Notes: generated from the letters alone by a model not told the origin. A stretch of DNA of 64,000 nt from an uncultured Rikenellaceae bacterium (GCA_944415565.1 CALYBQ010000005.1:106061-170060), one strand, 5' to 3'; shown: positions 1 through 9,143, counted from the stretch's first letter. Made by a program: numbers and translations.

Positions 1-1
1 G

Positions 2-154
2 GCAATACACCTGCGCGACATAGAGGGGCTCGAACTGGAAGAGATAGCGGTAATAATGGACACGGACGAAGGCTCGGTAAGATCGAACCTGTCGAGGGCG
101 AGAAAAAAGATCAGGGACGAAATAAACAAGGTACTGGAATATGGAACGAAATAA
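2..154 (+). CDS. RNA polymerase ECF-type sigma-70 factor, C-terminal fragment (gene begins upstream of window)
   Basis: In-frame translation AIHLRDIEGLELEEIAVIMDTDEGSVRSNLSRARKKIRDEINKVLEY... ending at TAA 152-154 is a typical sigma-70 region 4 (HTH) tail. It overlaps the next ORF by 14 nt. Confidence 0.6.
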   Translation, partial: AIHLRDIEGLELEEIAVIMDTDEGSVRSNLSRARKKIRDEINKVLEYGTK

Positions 155-665
155 AAGATACGACACAGACGACCTGTCGGGCAAGTTCTACGAGGGGAAC
201 TCCACGACAAGGGAGGACACCGAACTTCGCGCACTCCTATCCAAAGGCGCAGAGTCAGGGAACGGCGACAGGGCGACGGCAGCGATGTTCGAACTATTCA
301 GGCAGGAACGCGAAGTCAGCTACCCGGGTTCAGTAGTGCCTTTGCGTAGGGCCAGAAGGTTCGGCCTGATGTTCAGATCGGCTGCCGCCGCCGTTGCCGC
401 CATACTCACCGTACTGAGCGCGACGGTATGGGAGCACGAGCCGCAGACGGTATACTGCGTCATCGACGGCAAACCCGTCACGGACTACCACATCGCCATC
501 GAACACGGAGAGAAGGCTATGGAGATAATCTCCGAGTCGATAGAAAAGACCGTCGCCATGCACGATCCGCTCAACGAAGTAGGGCGCGTGCTCAAGGAGT
601 TGGAACAACTGGGCATATTCGACACCGCAGTACAACAGGAAGACAATAAAGCAAAAAAATTATAA
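141..665 (+). CDS. putative anti-sigma factor / membrane-anchored hypothetical protein
   Basis: 174 aa ORF overlapping the sigma factor stop. It has a single central hydrophobic segment (AAAAVAAILTVLSATVW), with a charged cytoplasmic N-domain and a periplasmic C-domain. Position and topology are typical of an anti-sigma partner. Confidence 0.45.
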   Translation: MERNKRYDTDDLSGKFYEGNSTTREDTELRALLSKGAESGNGDRATAAMFELFRQEREVSYPGSVVPLRRARRFGLMFRSAAAAVAAILTVLSATVWEHEPQTVYCVIDGKPVTDYHIAIEHGEKAMEIISESIEKTVAMHDPLNEVGRVLKELEQLGIFDTAVQQEDNKAKKL

Positions 666-685
666 CCATATAAGCACCCGTTCGC

Positions 686-1594
686 ATGAAAACACTCATA
701 CACGCAATAGCCATAGCCGCGATACTATTCCCACTATCGGTATTCTCCCAGCCGGAGAGCATACATGCCGACAACAACGGAATGAGCATCGCCGATACCA
801 CGGGACGCGACATACTCTCGATCACACCGACCAAAGATAACTCCGACGGCTTCTCTCTGTCGATAAGCGGATACGAGATCCACTTCGGGGCCGGCAGCAG
901 CAGCGACGGCCGGCAATACGACCGCATCGTGAGAAAAGAAAGGGACAGGACGCCAGACTATATAGACCAGACGCTATTGTTCAGCGGACGGGCGCTCAGC
1001 AGGCAGAAGAGATACCGTACCCCGCTGCCACTGTTGGAATTCGGGTTCACCTGTTTCCACGAGAGCAATTACAAGATATTCCTGCCGGGGCGCAAGGGCT
1101 TCATGGAGCCCAACCTGTCGAAATCCCTGCACATCCAATGGAATGTCCTCAGGCTGTCGGAAAGCCTCAACTACCGCCGCAACCTCGGCATCAGTTCGGC
1201 ATTCGGCCTGTCGTGGGACCGCTACGTGTTCAAGAACTTCCTGCAAAACGAGCACGGAATACCCCGTCCCGCCGGAACGAGTAAAACCGCAAACCAATCG
1301 GAAATGCGAACGTTCTCGCTGCATATACCCATCATACTCGGCTACAACAACAAATCGTTCGGCATTGCGGCTGGCATGTACGGCAATTTGGTGGTTAGCA
1401 GGAAAAACAAGATAGAACAGCATATGTTCAAGGACAATCTGGTACTCGCCGTCAACAAACCGCAGGTCGGGGCCACACTCAGATTGAAATTCAAATGGAT
1501 AAGCCTGTTCGCCAACTACGCTTTCACACACGTATTCGAATCGGGAAGCGCACCCGAAACACAGGCCATAACGTTCGGCATAGGCATATTGTAA
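686..1594 (+). CDS. outer-membrane beta-barrel protein (PorT/OmpA-like porin family)
   Basis: 302 aa with an N-terminal signal peptide (MKTLIHAIAIAAILFPLSVFSQ). It shows alternating hydrophobic beta-strand patterning and an aromatic-rich C-terminus (FGIGIL). Third gene of the sigma-factor operon. Confidence 0.5.
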   Translation: MKTLIHAIAIAAILFPLSVFSQPESIHADNNGMSIADTTGRDILSITPTKDNSDGFSLSISGYEIHFGAGSSSDGRQYDRIVRKERDRTPDYIDQTLLFSGRALSRQKRYRTPLPLLEFGFTCFHESNYKIFLPGRKGFMEPNLSKSLHIQWNVLRLSESLNYRRNLGISSAFGLSWDRYVFKNFLQNEHGIPRPAGTSKTANQSEMRTFSLHIPIILGYNNKSFGIAAGMYGNLVVSRKNKIEQHMFKDNLVLAVNKPQVGATLRLKFKWISLFANYAFTHVFESGSAPETQAITFGIGIL

Positions 1595-1621
1595 GACGCT
1601 GGCGACGACAAACTGAAAAAC

Positions 1622-2140
1622 ATGAAAAAGTTACTGACCATACTGGCTTTGGCAATACCGTTACTGACGACGACGGTAGTTGCCGCCACGCCTGAGCAGA
1701 CGACTAAAGCATTGGACGGTTTTTTTGCTAAATATTCCGGCAAGAAGGGATACACCACGATGGAACTTACCAGTGAATTGCTGAAGGCCGCCTACAACAG
1801 CCCTTCGAACGACAGTAACAAGGAGTTGGGCGAGATGCTCGAAGGCGTGGAACGGATGCGGATAGTGATAGCGGAAAAAAGCTCGGCCGAGTTCACGGTC
1901 GATGTGCTCGACCTTCCGGGCAAGACCGACCTCAAGCTCGTCACCAACGTAAACGAGAACGGGCAGAAGATAAAAATGTACTACAAGCCCGCCGTTACTG
2001 CTTCGAAAGGCGGGAAGCAGAACGCCGAGTTCCTTATGTTCATCCTGAGCGTCAAGGATAACATAACGATACACATAACCGGCGACTTCGATCTTAAGAA
2101 CGTCACGAAACTGGGCGACCTCAGCATAAAAAGCAAATAA
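1622..2140 (+). CDS. secreted DUF4252-like protein
   Basis: 172 aa with a signal peptide (MKKLLTILALAIPLLTTTVVAA). Size and position (last gene of an ECF sigma operon) match DUF4252-type proteins of Bacteroidetes. Assignment from memory of the family, not a search. Confidence 0.45.
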   Translation: MKKLLTILALAIPLLTTTVVAATPEQTTKALDGFFAKYSGKKGYTTMELTSELLKAAYNSPSNDSNKELGEMLEGVERMRIVIAEKSSAEFTVDVLDLPGKTDLKLVTNVNENGQKIKMYYKPAVTASKGGKQNAEFLMFILSVKDNITIHITGDFDLKNVTKLGDLSIKSK

Positions 2141-2190
2141 CCCGCACCGTACAGATACGAACGGCAACGGATTATGCGGCGTGTAAATTC

Positions 2191-2221
2191 AACGGCCGGA
2201 CTCTTTAATAGTCCGGCCGTT
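2191..2221. terminator. bidirectional stem-loop terminator between convergent genes
   Basis: Perfect 12-bp inverted repeat aacggccggact / agtccggccgtt with a 7-nt loop. It lies between the DUF4252 gene (+) and the GNAT gene (-). Confidence 0.5.
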
Positions 2222-2229
2222 GTCATTGA

Positions 2230-2715
2230 TTATAAATCCAGATAGAAGAAATCGCTATCGTTATACGGATAATCGTATGCTACCGGCAACTCTTCCTTTT
2301 CCAATTTCCTGAATCCGGCTTTCTCATAAAAGTTGTGTGCCCGCTCAGTGTTTTTGGGCGTATCGAGAATTATCTTCTTAAAACCATTCTCGCGCGCAAA
2401 CTCCATAAGAACAGCATACAACCGGCTACCGAGACGATGCGGCGCACCACGATAAGGTTCGTAGACAAAAAACTTTTTCAATATGCCGATGCCATTCCCC
2501 TTGTTCATCAAACCTATGGTTCCGGCCATATTCCCATCTGCTTTCGCCACCCAGAAATTTCCTCAGCCAGCGACGTATTCTTCCCTGATGTAGAATAACT
2601 CCGGCTGGTCATCCGCACTCACCAAAGGACGTGTACCGTCGTTCTGGCAATGCAATACGAGCGCTATGATCTCGTCCGTATCCGGTTCGGTGTATTCTCC
2701 TATCTTTATCATCAT
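2230..2715 (-). pseudogene. GNAT family N-acetyltransferase interrupted by an in-frame TGA (codon 2563-2565)
   Basis: ORFs 2563..2778 and 2230..2550 are in the same frame. Minus-strand read-through gives ...FYIREEYVAG*GNFWVAKADGNMAGTIGLMNKGNGIG...YRGAPHRLGSRLYAVLMEFARENGF..., a GNAT-like fold of about 160 aa in total. The likely start is the ATG overlapping the peptidase stop (AGATGATGATAA). TGA is a genuine stop elsewhere in the window. Confidence 0.6.
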
Positions 2716-3521
2716 CTCTTCTGCGGCGCAGCTTTCTGCCCTTTCGTCTGCACAAGAAATTGCTGGTACTCCTCCCACAACGAATCCGTAGTCACCGTCT
2801 CACCGAATATCGCCTGCATGGCCTTATCGAACGACCAAGGATTCATATATATAGCCGTCTTGTTGAATTTACGCAGGAAATCGGGATCTTTCATAGTGAG
2901 CCAGTGCAGGAAAAAGCCAGTCGTCCTGTAACCGTCCATCCAGTGCCCGCCCGGACGGCGCGAACTGTAATCGAAAAATCCGTTATATGCCCTCACCGCA
3001 TCGGCAAGTCCCTCGGTGAACACCCAATACTCGTCGGCCTTACGCTCTTTCGACGCCCAGCGGTATTCTCCTGCCCCTTTCGGATGAGCCTGATAAGCAT
3101 GTGTCAATTCATGATAAAGTACACCTCGTGTCTCGTAAAGCACCTTCGACGCACCCATAGATCGCATACTGTGCTCTACCCAACGTGAGCTGTAAAAAAT
3201 ATCGACCACCGGTATTCCACCGCCTTTTGCCGATATGCCTTCCTTGTCCTCGAAGCTGTAATCTATCTTTTCGAGGCGTGGGATGCTGTCACCCGGCGCA
3301 TACAGCGTCTCCACCACCCACCTCGCATGTTGCTGTATGAAACCGGTCGGTTCCGGGATAAGGCTGTCGTATATCGCCCATCCGCGCGTATGTTCGGCTT
3401 TGTTTATAAAATTCACCTCCGGATAGACAAATCCCGGCAACTCAGGCTCGCTCCATTTCTGCCCCGCGAGCGTGAACGGAAACAGCACGACGGCCAATAA
3501 AAATCCTCTCATTATTTTCAT
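2712..3521 (-). CDS. secreted zinc metallopeptidase-like protein (HExxH; basic secretory protein / 'peptidase of plants and bacteria' type)
   Basis: 269 aa with a signal peptide (MKIMRGFLLAVVLFPFTLAG) and a HELTHAYQ motif (HExxH). Overall composition resembles the BSP (PF04450-like) family. Ends in a triple stop TGA TGA TAA. Confidence 0.55.
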   Translation of the reverse strand: MKIMRGFLLAVVLFPFTLAGQKWSEPELPGFVYPEVNFINKAEHTRGWAIYDSLIPEPTGFIQQHARWVVETLYAPGDSIPRLEKIDYSFEDKEGISAKGGGIPVVDIFYSSRWVEHSMRSMGASKVLYETRGVLYHELTHAYQAHPKGAGEYRWASKERKADEYWVFTEGLADAVRAYNGFFDYSSRRPGGHWMDGYRTTGFFLHWLTMKDPDFLRKFNKTAIYMNPWSFDKAMQAIFGETVTTDSLWEEYQQFLVQTKGQKAAPQKR

Positions 3522-3640
3522 TTCTGAACTGTATTAAATTTTGGTAACCGCAAAGATAAACAAAAAGGCAAACTATCCATCTGCCCGCGAAATTCGCCCG
3601 CCATACAGCATCCGGCCTTGCAGCGGCACAATGAAATAGC

Positions 3641-3648
3641 TATATTTG
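3641..3648 (+). promoter_or_regulatory. Bacteroidetes -7 promoter element (TAnnTTTG) upstream of dsbD. A second copy lies at 3716-3723.
   Basis: TATATTTG motif at 3641-3648 and again at 3716-3723. The Bacteroidetes sigma-A -7 consensus is TAnnTTTG. Confidence 0.35.
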
Positions 3649-3752
3649 AATAACAACAGGAGGCGTCTCGGAAATCTTTGCAAACAAGCTTGCTCCGATT
3701 TCTCTCGGCTTTCACTATATTTGTCGTTATTGAATATAAAACGCAATTACCT

Positions 3753-5891
3753 TTGAAAAAGATCATAACATCCGCCCTGCTGGCACTATGCTCCGTCGTA
3801 GCACTATTCGCAGAAGATCCTGTTTCTTGGACCTTCGACCTCACCGGAGGAGAAAACGGAGAAATAGAACTCAGGGCAACCGCCACTATCGAAAAAGATT
3901 GGCACATATACGATCCCGGCATCGGTGATGGCGGACCGTTTCCCACGACGTTGGAAATCGAAGAGATCGTCGGCGCTGAAACGATAGAAAGATTCTCCGC
4001 TGTTGATTCGAAGCGCATAGACACCTATGACGAAATCTTCGGTATGGACATCAGCTACTATGAAGGCAAGGCTACATTCGTACAGCGTTTCCGCATCACT
4101 GACCGCACGGCATTCGCGCTGAAGGGCGACATCCGCGCAAGCGCATGCAAAGAGGGCGTATGTACGCCGCCGATACCGGTCAATTTCTCATTCTCATCGA
4201 AGGATCTGCCGGCGACTTTGATCGCAGAGCAAAAGACGGGAGACACGCATGCCGCGAGCGACGACAGTACCGTCGCCCAGCCCGGCAAGTCTGAAAAGAA
4301 CGGAAGCGAAACACGGTCTTCTACGACACAACCTGTCGTCTTCTCCCAAATCAAATCCGGGGAGAAAGGGCAGAAAACAATCACGACCGCAGAAAACCCT
4401 ATCACAAGCGCCCCCACCTTTTTGGCTGAAACCATAGCGGCAAATACAAATGACGAGCCGGACCTGTGGAGACCGGTAATAGACGAACTGCGGACATTCG
4501 GTGCGGCAGGCAGCACGGCCGACAGGTCGCTCGTATGGATATTCATACTGGGATTCGGGGGAGGACTGCTCGCCCTGCTTACGCCGTGCGTGTGGCCGAT
4601 GATCCCGCTCACCGTGAGCTTCTTCCTCAAGCAAGGCAGGGACAAGAGATCGGCAGTGAAGGATGCCGTAGTTTACGGCCTATCCATCATAGTGATATAC
4701 GTCGGGCTGGGACTGGCCGTAACGGCAATATTCGGAGCCGGCGCACTCAACAGCTTGGCCACCAACGCGGTATTCAACCTCATATTCTTCGCCATGCTCG
4801 TGATTTTCGCCGTCTCGTTCTTCGGAGCGTTCGAGCTGACACTGCCGTCGCGGTGGACCAACAGGATGAACGCACAGGCCGACCGAACGAGCGGTCTCGC
4901 CAGCATATTCTTCATGGCATTCACGCTGACATTGGTCTCGTTCTCTTGCACCGGCCCGATCATCGGGACGCTTCTGGTAGACGCCGCCGGCTCGAAGGCC
5001 GTACTTGCCCCCATGACGGGCATGGCCGGATTCGCATTGGCATTGGCCATACCGTTCGCATTGTTCGCCATATTCCCCTCGTGGCTTAAAAATGCACCGC
5101 GCTCCGGCGGATGGATGAACTCAGTAAAGGTCGTTCTCGGATTCATCGAGCTGGCCCTCGCGCTGAAATTCCTCTCCGTCGCAGACCTCGCCTACGGCTG
5201 GGGAATACTCGACCGCGAAGTGTTCATAGTACTGTGGGCAGCGATAGCGCTTCTCCTCGGAGCCTACCTGCTCGGTTGGGTAAGGTTCAAAAACGACGGC
5301 GAACAAAAACACGTCTCTGTGCCGAAGATATTCCTATCGACCGTAGCGTTCTCATTCGCACTGTATATGCTGCCGGGCCTGTGGGGTGCACCGCTGAAAG
5401 CCGTAAGCGCCTTCCTGCCCCCCATGACCACACAGGATTTCAACCTTTACGACAACTCGGTACACGCCAAATTCGACGATTACGATGCCGGCATGGAGTA
5501 TGCCCGCCGCAACGGTAAACCAGTCATAATAGACTTTTCAGGGCTGGGATGCGTCAATTGTCGCGAAATGGAAGCCCGGGTATGGACCGATCCGCGCGTG
5601 AAGTCGATACTCGACAACGACTACGTACTCATAACCCTCATGGTGGACGACAGGCAACGGCTGCCGGAGACGATGGAGGTTGAAGAAAACGGGCGTATGG
5701 TGAAGCTCAAGACGGTAGGCGACAAATGGAGCTATCTCCAACGCCATAAGTTCGGGACGAGCTCCCAACCGTATTACGTTCTGTTAGATGCCGACGGCAA
5801 TCCGATAGGCCCGTCGTATGCCTACGACGAGGACATAGATAAGTACATACAATTCCTGAATACGGGGCTCGCCAATTTCAAAAACCGATAG
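3753..5891 (+). CDS. dsbD: thiol:disulfide interchange protein DsbD (protein-disulfide reductase)
   Basis: Signal peptide, then a periplasmic N-domain, a low-complexity S/T/Q-rich linker and a polytopic membrane core (LLALLTPCVWPMIPL...). The C-terminal thioredoxin domain carries GLGCVNCREME (CxxC). There is no in-frame ATG: the candidate starts are TTG at 3678 (ORF track) or TTG at 3753. The 3753 start yields a clean signal peptide (KKIITSALLALCSVVALFA). Confidence 0.8.
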   Translation: MKKIITSALLALCSVVALFAEDPVSWTFDLTGGENGEIELRATATIEKDWHIYDPGIGDGGPFPTTLEIEEIVGAETIERFSAVDSKRIDTYDEIFGMDISYYEGKATFVQRFRITDRTAFALKGDIRASACKEGVCTPPIPVNFSFSSKDLPATLIAEQKTGDTHAASDDSTVAQPGKSEKNGSETRSSTTQPVVFSQIKSGEKGQKTITTAENPITSAPTFLAETIAANTNDEPDLWRPVIDELRTFGAAGSTADRSLVWIFILGFGGGLLALLTPCVWPMIPLTVSFFLKQGRDKRSAVKDAVVYGLSIIVIYVGLGLAVTAIFGAGALNSLATNAVFNLIFFAMLVIFAVSFFGAFELTLPSRWTNRMNAQADRTSGLASIFFMAFTLTLVSFSCTGPIIGTLLVDAAGSKAVLAPMTGMAGFALALAIPFALFAIFPSWLKNAPRSGGWMNSVKVVLGFIELALALKFLSVADLAYGWGILDREVFIVLWAAIALLLGAYLLGWVRFKNDGEQKHVSVPKIFLSTVAFSFALYMLPGLWGAPLKAVSAFLPPMTTQDFNLYDNSVHAKFDDYDAGMEYARRNGKPVIIDFSGLGCVNCREMEARVWTDPRVKSILDNDYVLITLMVDDRQRLPETMEVEENGRMVKLKTVGDKWSYLQRHKFGTSSQPYYVLLDADGNPIGPSYAYDEDIDKYIQFLNTGLANFKNR

Positions 5892-5895
5892 ACGA

Positions 5896-6843
5896 TTACG
5901 AACCGGTATAAAGTTGTCCTTGATAGGCGTCCAACTCTTCGAGACGCTTATCGAGCATGGCGAGCAACTGCTCGTTACGCACGAGTCCCCAGTTAGGCCC
6001 GCTGTGGTAACGCGGCGGGGCCTCGCTCGCGAACCGCTCGACCACTATATCGGGACGCAAACGGCGCAGTATCTCTATGAACAAATCTATATACTCGTTA
6101 AGGCACCTGAAAACATACTTTCCGGGGGCGGCGGCATAATCCGTCTCCATAGTTGTCCCCTTGAATATCTGCAACTGATGGAATTTGACCGTCGTCAGCG
6201 GCAGGGCGTTTATGAATCTCGTCTGGGCGACGAGCATCTCGTCCGTTTCGCCCGGCAATCCCAATATGAAGTGTGCACCGCAATGTATGCCGCGCTCGGC
6301 AGTCTTGCCAATAGCCTCAGCGGCACATGCGAAATCGTGCCCACGATTCACTGCCCCCAGCGTCTCGTCGTAACACGACTCCACGCCGTATTCCACAGCA
6401 ACATACCGCTTCTTGGCCAACTCGGCGAAATAGTCGAGTTTCTCATCGTCGATACAATCGGGACGGGTCCCCACGATTATCCCGGCGACCTCGGGAAACG
6501 CCAAAGCCTGCCCGTAAATCTCCTTCAATTCCGAAAGCGGGGCATAAGTATTCGAGAACGATTGGAAGTAAGCGAGAAACTTGTCGGCATTACGATAACG
6601 GCGGCGATGGAACTCTATACCCTCCTCTATCTGTTTGGCGACAGAGTCGCCCCTCATGCAGTAAGAGGGGGTAAACGCCTCGTTGTTACAGAACGTGCAC
6701 CCGCCCACGCCGACCCGGCCGTCCCTGTTCGGGCAGGTAAATCCGGCGTTTATCGTGACTTTCTGGACACGCCCGCCCATCAGCTTGCGAAAATAACCCG
6801 CATAGCTGTTGAAACGACGTTCCGTGCCCCAAGGATACGACAT
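5896..6843 (-). CDS. TIGR01212-family radical SAM protein (YhcC-like)
   Basis: GFTCPNRDGRVGVGGCTFCN matches the cysteine motif of TIGR01212-type radical SAM enzymes. Start chosen at Met24 of the ORF-track protein (MSYPWG...) so that it abuts the upstream gene's stop. The ORF track gives 5896..6912. Confidence 0.7.
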   Translation of the reverse strand: MSYPWGTERRFNSYAGYFRKLMGGRVQKVTINAGFTCPNRDGRVGVGGCTFCNNEAFTPSYCMRGDSVAKQIEEGIEFHRRRYRNADKFLAYFQSFSNTYAPLSELKEIYGQALAFPEVAGIIVGTRPDCIDDEKLDYFAELAKKRYVAVEYGVESCYDETLGAVNRGHDFACAAEAIGKTAERGIHCGAHFILGLPGETDEMLVAQTRFINALPLTTVKFHQLQIFKGTTMETDYAAAPGKYVFRCLNEYIDLFIEILRRLRPDIVVERFASEAPPRYHSGPNWGLVRNEQLLAMLDKRLEELDAYQGQLYTGS

Positions 6844-6845
6844 AT

Positions 6846-7553
6846 TTATTTCGCTGAAAGGGCTTCGACAAAGCCGGGAAACAGTTTCCACAGGTGTTCG
6901 ACCTGTATCCACAGTTCGCGGGCAAGCGCCTTTTTCGATGGGTTGTCCCCACGTATCTCCGTCAGATAGGTCTCGTCAACAGGGTGCTCCGCAGCGACAA
7001 ACTCATCGAAATAGGGTTTAAAACTGCGCTTGAAGTGGTGCAACTCCCCCTCCGGCAATTTGCCTGTCCTACGGAACTCGCTCCACAACACGAGTATATC
7101 CTTATCCGGCAGCCGGTCGCTCACGTCGTTAATCACTTCATCGAAGAGATCCCACTCTTCGAGCGCAACATAAGAGTAGGCCAAAAGGGTGGAAGCGTCG
7201 AGATGGTCTTCAGGATCGAGTTCGAGCAACATCTCGAGCATGGCTGCCGACATCTCGAAATCACCGAGCAGAAAATGGTCTATGGCCGAATAATGTATCA
7301 CCAGCATGGCATCGCGGCTCTCCCGGTCCTCCCACTCCAACTCTATGTCGGTAGAGTCGGGTATAAGCTCCATAAGCTGCTGAAAAGCGGCATAGCGGAT
7401 ATTGCAGGCCTCCTCGATGTTGCCCTGCCTCTCCTTCTCCTGCGAACGTTCCAACTCGAGTCCGAAATTCACACCGATTCCGTCCGCTCCGTCCGCATAT
7501 AATATCCTGTACGTATTATCCGCAGTGGGCCTAAGCAATGCCTTTTTTCCCAT
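6846..7553 (-). CDS. hypothetical acidic cytoplasmic protein
   Basis: 235 aa, D/E-rich, with no TM segment or signal peptide. Lies between cstA and the radical SAM gene and overlaps the cstA stop by about 20 nt, suggesting co-transcription. Confidence 0.45.
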   Translation of the reverse strand: MGKKALLRPTADNTYRILYADGADGIGVNFGLELERSQEKERQGNIEEACNIRYAAFQQLMELIPDSTDIELEWEDRESRDAMLVIHYSAIDHFLLGDFEMSAAMLEMLLELDPEDHLDASTLLAYSYVALEEWDLFDEVINDVSDRLPDKDILVLWSEFRRTGKLPEGELHHFKRSFKPYFDEFVAAEHPVDETYLTEIRGDNPSKKALARELWIQVEHLWKLFPGFVEALSAK

Positions 7554-8982
7554 TTCTATTCATCAACAATATGACGGCAACCGTAATCGCCAAAGTAACT
7601 ATGCCGGCCAGCACGGCGGCAGGCACGGTCGACAACCCGATCATCTCGGCAGACCCGAACAAATGATCGGACGTTATGAAGGTCATGAATATCGCCGGTA
7701 TCAGCGACAAGTATATGTTTTTCTTTCGCGAATGCAGATAAACCGTTATCGTCCACAGCGTGAAAACGGCAAGTGTCTGGTTAGCCCAAGCAAAATAGCG
7801 CCATACGACATCGAACTGCATGAGCGTTATTGCAAAGCCCGCAATGAAGAGAGGAACCGATATATACAGTCGACGGCGTATCGTCCTCTGTTCCATTCCG
7901 AGAAAATCAGCGACTATGAGCCTCGCACTGCGGAAAGCCGTATCCCCAGTAGATATAGGCGCGGCTACTACCCCCAATAAGGCGAGCAATCCACCTACCT
8001 TGCCGAGCGTGGTGTTGGCGATATGGTCCACAGCCCATGCGGCATCGTTGCCGTGTGCTGCGAGCTCGTCGTTAAGCGCGCCTACGCCGCCGAAGAAAGC
8101 CATAGCGATAGCGGCCCAAATGAGAGCTATTATACTTTCGCTTATCATAGCGCCGAAAAATACCGGACGGCCTTCCTTCTCGTTGTTCACGCAACGCGCC
8201 ATAAGCGGCGACTGCGTAGCGTGGAATCCTGATATAGCCCCGCAGGCTATGGTGATGAACATGGTCGGGATGATCGGGAATTTCGCCGCATCGGTCTTCA
8301 TATTGGCAAACCCGCTGAATTCCGGCATATCGTACCCGCCGAATATCAACACTGCAAATATGCCCACAGCCATGAATATCAGCGCCGCACCGAAAAGCGG
8401 GTAGATCTTACCGATGATTTTATCGACCGGCAACAAGGTCGCCACAACATAATATATAAGTATCACCCACACCCAGAATTTCGGGATCGTCACGCTACCT
8501 ATGGTCAGGTCTGCGAATCCGGTCAGGCCGTTGAGTATGCCAGCGGGCCCGAGCATGAATACGGCTCCGACCAATACAAGCAACAACACCGTGAAGACCC
8601 TCATAAACTGCTTGACGGTCACACCTAAATATTTGCCGACGATCTCCGGCAGGCTTAATCCGTTATTCTGCAAAGAGATCATGCCAGACACGTAATCGTG
8701 CATGGCTCCGAAGAAAATGCCGCCGAGCGTGATCCACAAAAACGCTACCGGCCCATAGGTCGCACCGAGTACAGCTCCGAAAATAGGCCCCAATCCGGCA
8801 ATGTTAAGAAGCTGGATAAGAAAGGTTTTCCATTTCGGAAGCGGCAGATAATCCACACCGTCATAGCACGTTTTAGACGGACATTCCTTTGCCCTGTCAG
8901 CGCCTACCACACGCTCCAAATACCTACCGTAGGTGAAGTAAGCACCCACAAGCAGAGCAAGGCATACGATAAAAGTGACCAT
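7531..8982 (-). CDS. cstA: carbon starvation protein A (CstA family peptide/pyruvate transporter)
   Basis: 483 aa polytopic membrane protein. The N-terminus MVTFIVCLALLVGAYFTYGRYLERV...LLNIAGLGPIFGAVLGATYGP is characteristic of the CstA family. Confidence 0.85.
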   Translation of the reverse strand: MVTFIVCLALLVGAYFTYGRYLERVVGADRAKECPSKTCYDGVDYLPLPKWKTFLIQLLNIAGLGPIFGAVLGATYGPVAFLWITLGGIFFGAMHDYVSGMISLQNNGLSLPEIVGKYLGVTVKQFMRVFTVLLLVLVGAVFMLGPAGILNGLTGFADLTIGSVTIPKFWVWVILIYYVVATLLPVDKIIGKIYPLFGAALIFMAVGIFAVLIFGGYDMPEFSGFANMKTDAAKFPIIPTMFITIACGAISGFHATQSPLMARCVNNEKEGRPVFFGAMISESIIALIWAAIAMAFFGGVGALNDELAAHGNDAAWAVDHIANTTLGKVGGLLALLGVVAAPISTGDTAFRSARLIVADFLGMEQRTIRRRLYISVPLFIAGFAITLMQFDVVWRYFAWANQTLAVFTLWTITVYLHSRKKNIYLSLIPAIFMTFITSDHLFGSAEMIGLSTVPAAVLAGIVTLAITVAVILLMNRNGKKGIA

Positions 8983-9064
8983 ATATTTTTATTTTTATGT
9001 CGCGAAGATAATGATTTTTACAGAATATTTATGATATTTGCACCCTGTAAGGGGAAACCCTCAG

Positions 9065-9137
9065 GCCGCAATAGCTCAGTTGGTAGAGCGTTTCACTCGT
9101 AATGAAGAGGTCGCGAGTTCAAGTCTCGCTTGCGGCT
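9065..9137 (+). tRNA. tRNA-Thr (anticodon CGT)
   Basis: Manual cloverleaf fold. Acceptor stem gccgcaa/ttgcggc, D-arm gctc-agttggta-gagc, anticodon stem tttca/tgaag with loop ctCGTaa, T-arm gcgag-ttcaagt-ctcgc, discriminator T. CCA is not encoded. Confidence 0.85.
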
Positions 9138-9143
9138 CAGTTT

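Noticed and set aside
2563-2565. Possible selenocysteine or recoded TGA in the GNAT gene
   Set aside because: No SECIS-like stem-loop follows the codon. TGA terminates neighbouring genes (for example the peptidase at 2712-2714). GNAT enzymes are not selenoproteins.
4466-5089. 207-aa Arg-rich plus-strand ORF and other alternative-frame ORFs within dsbD
   Set aside because: Out-of-frame overlap with the DsbD membrane core. The composition (R/H/G-rich) is typical of off-frame GC-rich translation.
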